Assembly: GCA_945872795.1 (NCBI GenBank)
Contig: CAMCAZ010000001.1
Span: forward strand, 56,085 to 120,084
Source: Chryseobacterium gleum
GTDB taxonomy: Bacteria; Bacteroidota; Bacteroidia; Flavobacteriales_F; PHOS-HE28
Direction: 5' to 3'
Length of the DNA stretch: 64,000 bases
Shown here: positions 44,671 through 54,600 of the stretch, piece by piece
Layout: each line of letters starts with the position of its first letter
How positions within the stretch are numbered: the first letter of the stretch is position 1
Translations under genes and position numbers: made by a program
The notes under the pieces: model-generated
Told to the model about the DNA's origin: nothing
What the model saw: the letters and a program-made list of their open reading frames with translations, nothing else
Database searches by the model: none

Positions 44671-45978
44671 ATGGAACTCACCTACCTCCTTCTCGGACTC
44701 TTGATCGGACTGATCGGCGGCGTGCTGGTCGCCCATTTCTGGAAGCGCACCCAGGGCCATGAAGCATTGGATATCCTGCAGCGCGAACAGGCCACGGAAC
44801 GGTCCGAATGGGACCGGCAGCTGAACGAACAGCGCGCGCTCGCCGAAGAGCGGATGGGCGAAGTGGTGCGCCTGAGCGGGCTGGTGGCCACCGAACAGGA
44901 ACGGGGACGCGGGCTGAACCAACGTCTGGTGGAGCAGAAGGGTGAACTGGAACAGCTCCAGACCCGCATGACCACGGAGTTCGAGAACATCGCGGGGCGC
45001 TTGCTGAGCCAACGCGGGAAGGAACTGCAGGACCAGCAGCAGGAGAAACTGGGCGTGATCCTGAAACCCCTTCAGGAGCGCATCATGGAATTCCAGCAGC
45101 AGGTGCGCGATGCGTATGACAAGGAGGGCCGCGAACGGTTCGCGCTGAAGGGTGAGATCATCCGACTGGTGGAGCAGAACCAGAAGCTGAGCCAGGACGC
45201 CAACGACCTGACCAAGGCCCTGAAGGGCGACAGCCAGGCACAGGGTGCATGGGGCGAGATGATCCTGGAACGGATCCTCGAGGGCGCAGGACTGGTCAAG
45301 GGACAGGAATACAGCATGCAGGAAAGCACCACCCTTTCCGATGGTTCGCGTCTGCGCCCCGATGCCGTGGTGATGCTGCCCGAGGACAAGCACCTGGTCA
45401 TCGACAGCAAGGTGTCGCTGCTGCACTATGAGCGATGGGCGGCTGCCACGGATGAGGTGGAGCGCGCACGGCTGCTGAAGCTGCATGTGGAGAGCATCCG
45501 CGCGCACGCCAAGGGGCTCTGCGAGAAGGACTACACGAAACTCTATGGGGTGAAGAGCGTGGATTTCGTGCTCATGTTCGTGCCCATCGAGCCCGCCTTC
45601 CTGCTGGCGCTACGCGAACGGCCCGAGGTCTTCCAGGAGGCCTATGACCGGCAGGTGGTGATGGTGACCCACAGCACCCTGATGGCCACCCTGCGCACCG
45701 TGCACGGGATCTGGAAACATGAACGCATCGCGCGGAACCACCTGGCCATTGCGGACCGCGCCGGCGCCCTGTATGAGAAGTTCGTGGGCTTCACCGAAGA
45801 CCTGGGGCGCATCGGCAAGAGTGTGAACGATGCGAAGGACAACTATGAGAAAGCGCTCTCCAAGCTCAGCGAAGGGCCCGGCAACCTGGTGCGGCAGGTG
45901 GAGCTGTTGAAGGAACTGGGAGCGCGCACCAATAAGGGGCTGCACGATAAACTCCTCCAACGATCGTTGGACGAATGA
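44671..45978 (+). CDS. rmuC: DNA recombination protein RmuC
   Basis: N-terminal TM helix, long coiled coil, then the RmuC nuclease-like core ...VMLPEDKHLVIDSKVSLLHYERW...FVLMFVPIEPAF... The track start at 44659 is GTG; the first ATG is 44671. Confidence 0.85.
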   Translation: MELTYLLLGLLIGLIGGVLVAHFWKRTQGHEALDILQREQATERSEWDRQLNEQRALAEERMGEVVRLSGLVATEQERGRGLNQRLVEQKGELEQLQTRMTTEFENIAGRLLSQRGKELQDQQQEKLGVILKPLQERIMEFQQQVRDAYDKEGRERFALKGEIIRLVEQNQKLSQDANDLTKALKGDSQAQGAWGEMILERILEGAGLVKGQEYSMQESTTLSDGSRLRPDAVVMLPEDKHLVIDSKVSLLHYERWAAATDEVERARLLKLHVESIRAHAKGLCEKDYTKLYGVKSVDFVLMFVPIEPAFLLALRERPEVFQEAYDRQVVMVTHSTLMATLRTVHGIWKHERIARNHLAIADRAGALYEKFVGFTEDLGRIGKSVNDAKDNYEKALSKLSEGPGNLVRQVELLKELGARTNKGLHDKLLQRSLDE

Positions 45979-47258
45979 GGACCTTCATGCGCAACACGCT
46001 CATCCATACCCTCGTGGTCGTGCTGTTCTGGGGCTGCACCAGTTCGGCGCCAGTGGCCAAGCGAGAGGATCTTTCCTCCATGTACGGCAAGGGAGGGTCC
46101 GGGCTGCAGTTGCTGGCACGGGTCTACCATACCGATGCCACCAGCTCCACGGTCCATTTCAAGCTCAGGACCCGCGACCTGCTGTATAAAAGCAGCGGTG
46201 AAGGAGGGCCGTTCCATGCGGCGGTCCAATTACGCTATGAGTCCTTTCCGGATTGGGGCAGCAAGACCCTGCTCGACAGTGCAAGCACCCTGATCAAAGA
46301 CTCGTCCGATGACCCCGCGCTCGACAAGGAGCTCATCGGCATCTTCCCCATGCGGAGCAACGGCCAGAACACGTTCATACTGAAACTCACCGCAACCGAC
46401 GTGAACCGCGACAATCAGGGGGTGCTGTATTTCCGCGTGAGACGGAGCGGAGAGGACGTACGCCAGTACTTCCTGCCCTTGGATGAGCGGACCGCCCTCC
46501 CTCTGTTCCAGGACCAGGTGCACCCCGGACACCCGGTGAAGGTCCGCTGTGAGGCCTATGCCGGTCGCACCCTGTGGGTCGGTCATCTGAAGTCGGACAA
46601 TGCCCTGCCTGCTCCGGTGTTCAGCAGCAGTGCGGGCAGCAAGAACAGCAACACCACCGATAGCTTGTTCACTGTGGCGGTGGATAGTTCAGGAACGTTC
46701 ACCTTCGAACCTTTCACCACAGGGGTCTACCACTTCCGGCCGGACAGTGCGTCCAATTCGGGCTATACCCTGCTTGCCATGGACCAAAGTCATCCGATCA
46801 TCGGCACGGCAGCCGATATGCTGCGTCCCATGCGCTACATCACATCGGTGCAGGAGTACGACCGGATGGCCAAGGCGGAGAATGTGCGTCAGGCGGTGGA
46901 GCGCTTCTGGATCGATGCAGCGGGTGACCGTGAGCGTGCTCGCGACGCCATACGCATCTATTTTGAACGGGTGGAGACCGCCAACCGCCACTTCACCAGC
47001 GATGTGGAAGGCTGGCGAACGGACCGCGGCATGGTGCACATCATCTTCGGCCAACCCACGTCCATCCAGAAAAGCGACATCAGCGAGACCTGGATCTATG
47101 GCGAGGAGAACAACCTGATGAGCCTGGTCTTCACCTTCGTGAAACGCCAGAGCCCCTTTACGGACAATCAACTGGTGCTGGAGCGCGACCCGGCGCTCAA
47201 GGGCGCCTGGTACCGCAACGTGGAGAGCTGGCGCAATGGCCGGATCTACCAGAACTGA
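45975..47258 (+). CDS. GWxTD-domain protein
   Basis: Signal peptide; C-terminal ...EGWRTDRGMVHIIFGQPTS...WIYGEENNLMSLVFTF... is the GWxTD signature. Confidence 0.7.
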   Translation: MRTFMRNTLIHTLVVVLFWGCTSSAPVAKREDLSSMYGKGGSGLQLLARVYHTDATSSTVHFKLRTRDLLYKSSGEGGPFHAAVQLRYESFPDWGSKTLLDSASTLIKDSSDDPALDKELIGIFPMRSNGQNTFILKLTATDVNRDNQGVLYFRVRRSGEDVRQYFLPLDERTALPLFQDQVHPGHPVKVRCEAYAGRTLWVGHLKSDNALPAPVFSSSAGSKNSNTTDSLFTVAVDSSGTFTFEPFTTGVYHFRPDSASNSGYTLLAMDQSHPIIGTAADMLRPMRYITSVQEYDRMAKAENVRQAVERFWIDAAGDRERARDAIRIYFERVETANRHFTSDVEGWRTDRGMVHIIFGQPTSIQKSDISETWIYGEENNLMSLVFTFVKRQSPFTDNQLVLERDPALKGAWYRNVESWRNGRIYQN

Positions 47259-47367
47259 GCGATCGAAGGACGCAGCCGCCGATCAATTCGGCCCGACAAC
47301 ACATTCCGTGCTCCAATTGCACTGACCTTTGCGGCGGTGTGGCATTCCAAGCACACCGTCTGAACAA

Positions 47368-48111
47368 ATGGCTGACAAGGACCTGGTATGTGGCATCTGG
47401 CCGGTGATCGAAGCCTTGAAGGCGGGTAAGAACGTGGAGAAGCTGCTGATCCGGCGCGAAGCCGGCGGTGATGGCATCCGCGAGATCAGGCAAATGGCAT
47501 TGGACCGCCAGATACCCTGGCAACCCGTGCCGGCCGAAAAGCTGGACCGATTGACCCGTACGGAACACCAGGGCGTCATCGCGTTCCTGAGCCAGGTGGA
47601 TGAACAGGACTTGGACGAAGTGATCACGATGGCCTATGAGCAGGGCTACACGCCCTTGATCGTCGCCTTGGACAGCGTGACCGATGTGCGCAACATGGGT
47701 GCCATCGCCCGTAGCGCAGAATGCTTCGGTGCCCACGCCCTGCTGGTTCCCAAGATGGGGACCGCCCGCCTAGGCCCGGACGCGGTGAAGAGCTCCGCCG
47801 GGGCATTGGTGCGGAACCCCGTTTGCCGGGTCACCCGCTTGACCGATGGACTGAAACGGGCCCGGGACCATGGCGCCCGCATCGTGGCCTGCACCGAAAA
47901 AGGCACGACCCTGCTGGACGACGCCGACCTCACCGGTCCGCTGGTGCTGGTGATGGGCAGCGAGGATGAAGGGATCTCGGATGCTGTGCTTCGGCTGGCC
48001 GATGACCTGGTGCGCATCCCCATGGCCGGCCAGATCGGCTCGTTGAACGTGAGCGTGGCCACCGGCATTGCGCTTCACGCAGTCCTGAGGCAGCGGTCAG
48101 CGAAGAAATAG
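47368..48111 (+). CDS. rlmB: 23S rRNA (guanosine-2'-O-)-methyltransferase RlmB (SpoU/TrmH family)
   Basis: ATG (MADKDLVCGIWPVIEAL...) at 47368; SPOUT motifs ...LVLVMGSEDEGIS...IPMAGQIGSLNVSVATGIAL... Confidence 0.8.
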   Translation: MADKDLVCGIWPVIEALKAGKNVEKLLIRREAGGDGIREIRQMALDRQIPWQPVPAEKLDRLTRTEHQGVIAFLSQVDEQDLDEVITMAYEQGYTPLIVALDSVTDVRNMGAIARSAECFGAHALLVPKMGTARLGPDAVKSSAGALVRNPVCRVTRLTDGLKRARDHGARIVACTEKGTTLLDDADLTGPLVLVMGSEDEGISDAVLRLADDLVRIPMAGQIGSLNVSVATGIALHAVLRQRSAKK

Positions 48112-48266
48112 CCCCCCCTTCCGAACGCCGCGGCAACTTGCAGCGGTAGTGGCCAGGTCCTTCGGTGACCGATCGCAACCTTCTGTGGTCATTCCGGGTA
48201 GAAACGGTCCGGATCAACGCGGGTCCGTCCGGCTACTCACCGGTCGGTCCCTTAAGGAACAGGACC

Positions 48267-48632
48267 ATGAATACGGAAGACCTTCTGCAACGCGCACTGT
48301 CGATCGCGGTGTTGGCCTTTGCCACCATGCAAACGGCCAGTGCCCAAAGTTCCATCCAGGCACAGGCGCCCGTGATCCTCCATGTGGAGGGTCTCACCGC
48401 ATCCAAGCGGGACCTGGTCAAGCAGGAAATGGAGGCCCAGGGCGATCTGCGGATGAGCTACGCCTGCGTGCCGGCCGGCATTCTCATCCTAGAACCCGTT
48501 CCCGGCCGCTCTGTCGGTGATCTGCGTACACAGGTCGCACCCATCATCCGCCGTCACGTACCTGCAGGGCGATCGACCGAGCTCACCATCACGATCCAGC
48601 AAGCGGAGGACCGCTGCGCCCAAGTCCGCTGA
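48267..48632 (+). CDS. small secreted protein (121 aa) immediately upstream of the giant adhesin
   Basis: The ATG at 48267 gives MNTEDLLQRALSIAVLAFATMQTASAQ... (signal peptide). Its stop at 48630-48632 is 5 nt before the first ATG of the next ORF. No recognisable domain. Confidence 0.5.
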   Translation: MNTEDLLQRALSIAVLAFATMQTASAQSSIQAQAPVILHVEGLTASKRDLVKQEMEAQGDLRMSYACVPAGILILEPVPGRSVGDLRTQVAPIIRRHVPAGRSTELTITIQQAEDRCAQVR

Positions 48633-48678
48633 ACTCATGAGAACGCCACACTTCTCCAGCCCGCGCATGATCGGCAGC

Positions 48679-51600
48679 ATGAAACGGAACCTGATCGTCG
48701 CATCGTTCCTTTTCGCAGCATGCCCTTCATGGGCTCAACTCGCGGTGAACAGCCAGACCGATCTGCAACAGCTCGCAGAGGCCATTTCCGGACCGGGAGT
48801 ACGGATCACCAACCCCACGATCGATTGCCACGCTCAGGGGTTTGGCGAATTCACCTACACGGGCACATCCCTCGATGTGAACGAAGGCGTTCTGCTCACC
48901 ACGGGGACCATCGCGAACGCCGTGGGTCCGAACCTGGTCAGCAACAGGACCTTTGAACAGAACCGCCCGGGAAACGCCATTCTGAACACCGTCACCGGAC
49001 GCACCACCTTCGACGCCTGCCGTTTCGAGTTCGACATCATTCCCGGCGGAGATACGCTCGAGTTCAACTTCGCCTTTTCCAGTGAAGAATACAACGAGTG
49101 GGTGGGCTCCCAGTACAACGATGTGTTCGGCTTCTTCATCAGCGGTCCGGGCATCGTGGGCGATGCGGGGATCGGCAACGACAAAAACATCGCGCTGATA
49201 CCGGGTACCACGCAGGCCGTGACGATCAATACGGTCAACAATGCTTCGAACGAGGCCTACCACACGGACAACACGGGAGGCTCACACATACAATATGACG
49301 GCATCACCAACGGCCTGAGCGCCGTTTCCGCGGTACAGCCCTGCCAGACCTACAGACTGAAGCTCATCGTCGCGGACGCGTCGGACCGGAAATTCGATAG
49401 CGGTGTGTTCATTGAGCGCATCCAAAGCAACGCGATCGGCATGACCGCCACCACGGCCAATGGAATATCGGAAATGGTGGAAGGCTGTAATTCCGGTCTG
49501 CTGACGTTCACCCGGCAGAACATCACCGCCTCGCCCGTGGTGGTCCCCTACTTCCTCGCCGGAACCACCACGAACGGCGCGGACTATCCCTTGATCGGTG
49601 ATGCCGACCAGCTCATCGCCAAGCTTGTGACGATCCCTGGCGGATCGGCATCAGCCTCGGTCACCATCGACCCCATCGCCGATGGCATCAACGAGCCGCT
49701 GGAACTGTTGCGTGTGTACCTCAGCAACTCGGTATGTCCGGGGTCCTATATCGACAGCCTGGAACTGCCTTTGCGGGATACCCTCCTTGCCTCGGTGAAC
49801 AGTTCCACCTCCATTTGCTCGGGGAGCTCCATCACCCTCAACGCCAGTGGTGGCCTCAGCTATACCTGGACACCATCACTCGACCTGAGCGACCCGAACT
49901 CGGCCAGCCCGACCGTGGAACCCGGAACGACCACCACGTACACGGTGCAGGTGATGGCCGGGACCTGCGAAGCCAACCTGAGCACGACGGTGAGCGTGAG
50001 CAACATGCTCTTGAACGCGACCGTGACCCGGCCGCTCTGCCAGGGAAACACGAATGCCGCGATCAACCTCTCGGTCACGGGAGGGACCGCGCCTTACAGT
50101 TATTCCTGGAGCGGCCCGGGTGGCTATACCTCGAGTGCGGAGGACCTCGTCGGCATCGCTGCCGGCACGTACACCGTGACGGTCACTGATGGTGCTGCCT
50201 GCAGCGCGGTCCAGAGCTTCAATATCTCGGCTCCTTCGGCGCTCAGCATCACGACCTCTCCCAGCATCCTGGCCTTCGGAGAGAACATCGCCTGTTCCGG
50301 CGGCAATACGGGCTCCATCGGACTTGCGATCAATGGAGGTACAGCGCCCTATGCCGTGTCGTGGAGCGGCCCGAACGGGTTCACCGCCAACACCGCGAAC
50401 ATCAATGGCCTCGTTGCCGGCTCGTACACGGTGATCGTGACAGATGCCAATGGATGCAGTGTAAACGGCGAGCGCACCATGACATCGCCGGATGCGCTTC
50501 AACCCACGATCACCGATGTGGGCGGGAACACCTGCTTCGGAGGGTCGACCGGCATGGCCACCGTCACTATCTCCGGAGGTGTGCAACCACACAGCTTCAC
50601 CTGGAACAGCTCGCCTACCCAGTCCGAAGCCACCGCCACGGGACTCACCAGCGGCAACTACACCGTCTCCATCACCGATGGTTACGGTTGCACGACCACT
50701 GCACCCGTCGTTATTTCCGGTCCCGCTGCCGCGCTCAGTGGATCCATCAGCACTGTCGCACTGCCCTGTGCAGGCGTTCCGAGCGGCAGTGCCATGGTCG
50801 CGATAAGCGGAGGCACTGCGCCATACACGACGACCTGGAACACCGTTCCGACCCAGACCGGACCTACCGCCATCGGCCTGAGCAGCGGTCCCATCGCGGT
50901 CACCATCGCTGATGCCAATGGTTGCTCGACCACCGTAACCAGCTCCATCACCAGCCCTTCGCAGCCGCTTTCCGCCGGCATCGCTCAAACGATCGATGTG
51001 ACCTGCGCCGGTGCCGGGAACGGTTCGAGCACGGCGATCGCCAGCGGTGGCACCTCTCCCTATAGCTACTCATGGAACAGCCTCCCCAGCCAATCCGGTC
51101 CGCAACTGCAGAATGTGAACGGAGGCACCTACACCGTCACGGTCACCGATGCGAACGGCTGCAGTGCCACCGCATCCACTGTGATCGATGAGCCTTCACA
51201 GGTGACCACGGTCCAGGTGATCGACATGGTCGGCGTCTCCTGCTTCGGCGGTCAGAACGGCTCGGCCACGGCCAACGCGTCAGGCGGGAGCGCACCGTAT
51301 ACCTACTCCTGGAACAGCGTTCCGGCTCAGAACAGTGACGCTCTTTCCAATGTATCCGCAGGCACGTACACCGTCACCGTCACGGATGGCAATGGTTGCA
51401 TCGCCACGACCACAGCCACGATCGGGGGACCGTCCCAAGGACTGATCGTCGCCATCACGTCGTTCACCAATGTCACCTGCTTCGAGGATTCCACGGGTAC
51501 GGCGATCGCTGTCGCACAGGGAGGCACTGCTCCGTATGTCTATTCATGGAACAGTGTCCCCTTCCAGAGCGGTGCAACTGCTGAGGACCTGCCGGAAGGT

Positions 51601-54600
51601 GTGTTCACCGTGACCGCTTCGGACCAGAACGGATGTACCGCACAGACCACGGTCTCCATCGATGCTCCGGACCTCGAGCTCCTGGCCATGATCGAGAGCT
51701 ATTCGCACGTGAGCTGCTTCGGCGCGAACGATGGTACGGCCACCATCACCATCAGCGGTGGCAGCGGATCCTATTCAGTGGTCTGGGACACCCAGCCTGC
51801 ACAGACGGGTCTCACGGCCACGGGACTGTCCCCCGGCAACTACACCGCACTGGCCATTGACAATAACGGCTGCGACACACAAAAGCAGGTCAATGTCACC
51901 ATACTTGGTCCGAGTGCTCCACTGCAACTGGATCTGGCACTGAGCAACTACAACGGCTTTCAGGTCTCCTGTCCGACCGCCGAAGATGGAAGCATCGATC
52001 TCACCATCCAAGGTGGAACAGCACCGTACACCATCGTCTGGTCCGATACGCAGGGCAACACCGTCGGCTCCGAGGACATCAGCAACCTGAGCACCGACCT
52101 CTACACCATCGCGGTAACCGATGCCTTCGGCTGCCTGGTGGATTCCACGGTCCTGTTCACGGCACCGCCTGCCATCACAGCACAGGCCGCCATCACCACG
52201 GCCAGCTGCCAGGGTGCCACGACAGGTGCCATCGATATCACCGCAAGCGGGGGTGTCGGACCATTGCAAGCGAGTTGGACCGGACCGAACGGATACTCCG
52301 CGAACACGCTCGACATCACATCGCTCCAGGCCGGGATCTACACCCTGACCCTTACGGACGCGAACGGCTGCACTTCCGTGAACAGTTTCAATGTGAACGA
52401 ACCTGGACTGTTCCAGGTCTCCACCACGCTGAGCCAGTACACCGGTGGATGGAACGTTAGCTGCGCAACAGCCACCGATGGCGCCATCGACCTCACGGTA
52501 ACGGGTGGGTCACAGCCCTATACCTACCAGTGGAACGGACCCAATGGCTTCACCGCGAACACGGAAGATATCCAGAACATCGGTGTCGGGGAATATGAAC
52601 TGATCATCACCGATGACAATGGATGTACCACACGGGAGAACCAAACCATCGAAGGTCCGCTGCCTCTCACTATCACATGGTCGACCTCTTTGTTCGGCAA
52701 TACGGCGACCAGCTGTATTACCAGCGCTGATGGCAGCATAAACGCGACCATCAGCGGGGGTACACCAGGCTATCAGAGCAGCTGGACCGGACCGAACGGA
52801 TACACCAGTGGACTGGAGGATATCAGCGGGCTCACCGCAGGCACCTACACGATCGGTGTCATGGATGAGAACGGCTGCACAGCATCAGAAGTGATCACGT
52901 TGACCGCACCGCCATCCATCGACATCATCGTCGCAACCTCCACATCGGTCAGTGGTGAAGAGATCGCCTGCACCGGAGGAAACTCGGGGAGCATCGCGCT
53001 TGACCTCAGCGGAGGCACCGCACCCTTCAGCGTCATTTGGAGCGGACCGAACAGCTTCTTCTCGAACTCGACGGATATTTCCGGACTTACTGCTGGCACC
53101 TATCAGGCCAGCATCACCGATGGCAACGGTTGCCCAGCATCGACACAGGTGACCCTGAGCGAACCGACCCCGTTGGCCATCAGCTCGACGCTTTCGGACC
53201 AGAACGGCACAGGCGTTTCCTGCGCAACAGCGATGGACGGTAGCATCGACCTCGACATCACGGGCGGAGCCGCTCCGTACAGCGTCATATGGACCGGACC
53301 CAACGGGTTCATTTCGACCGCTGAAGATCTATCAGGCATCGGTGCCGGAAGCTACGCGGCCCTCATCACGGACGTGAACGGTTGCGAAGCCAGCTCCAGC
53401 CTGCTCATCACCGCCCCAACAAGCTTGACGGCCCAATTGAGCTTGACCCAGGCAATCGGGTGTTCCGGTTCCTCGCAAGGGGCCATTGACCTCGGCATTA
53501 CAGGTGGACTATCACCATACGATGTGGCCTGGACAGGTCCGAACGGTTTCTCCTCCACGGATGAGGACCTGAGCGCACTCTTCGCGGGCAACTACCAGGT
53601 CGCGATCACGGATGCGAACGGATGCATCACGGAAGGCTCCATAGGCCTGACCGAAGCTCCCGAGCTGACGTTGGGCCTGATCGCCAGCACCTTCGTTGGT
53701 GGTTCCAACATCCCATGCAGCGGTGGAGACGGCGGTGCTGTGGAACTGACCATCACCGGTGGAACTGCTCCGTTCACGATCCTCTGGACCGATGGCCTCG
53801 GATTCACCTCTACTGATGAAGACCTCACGAACATCGGTGCAGGTGCCTACCAGGTGAACGTCACGGACGCCAACGGTTGCATGGCTGACCAGCTGGTCAC
53901 CCTGACCGCACCACAAACGCTGGCAGCGGCATCCGTGGTCAGTGACTTCAACGGTTCATCCATCAGCTGCACCGGGGCATCAGATGGCTCCATCGACCTG
54001 ACCATCACAGGAGGCACTGCACCCTACGCCGTTCAATGGAACACCGGTACCATGGGGGAGGACCTCGGTGGCCTGAGCGAGGGCACGTATACGGCCAGCA
54101 TCACGGATGCCAACGGTTGTGCGCTGCAACTTTCCTTCGTGCTGTCGCCACCGCAAGGCATCGCGATCGACATCACCGCTCAATCGGACCTGAACGGCTT
54201 TGAGGTGAGCTGCGCGGGTGGGACCAACGGAACGTTGCAGGCCAGCGTGGGAGGAGGAAGTGGAGGCGTTTCGATCGCATGGACCGGACCCAACGGGTTC
54301 AGCAGTACTGACACGGACTTGAGCGGCCTTGCCCCGGGCAACTATGAATTGATCGCCACGGACCAGAACGGCTGCACTGCCAACAGTTCCATCACCCTGA
54401 ATGCACCTGCGCCCATCGGCATCCTGGCGAACAGTTTGGAGTACAACGGCGGCACGAACATCTCCTGCCAAGGCGCTTCGGACGGATCGATCGCAGTGGC
54501 CATCGGTGGTGGAGTGCCAGAGTTCGACATCGCCTGGAGCGGCCCGAACGGCTACAGTGCGGACAGTGCGACGATCAATGACCTCGTTGCCGGGACCTAT

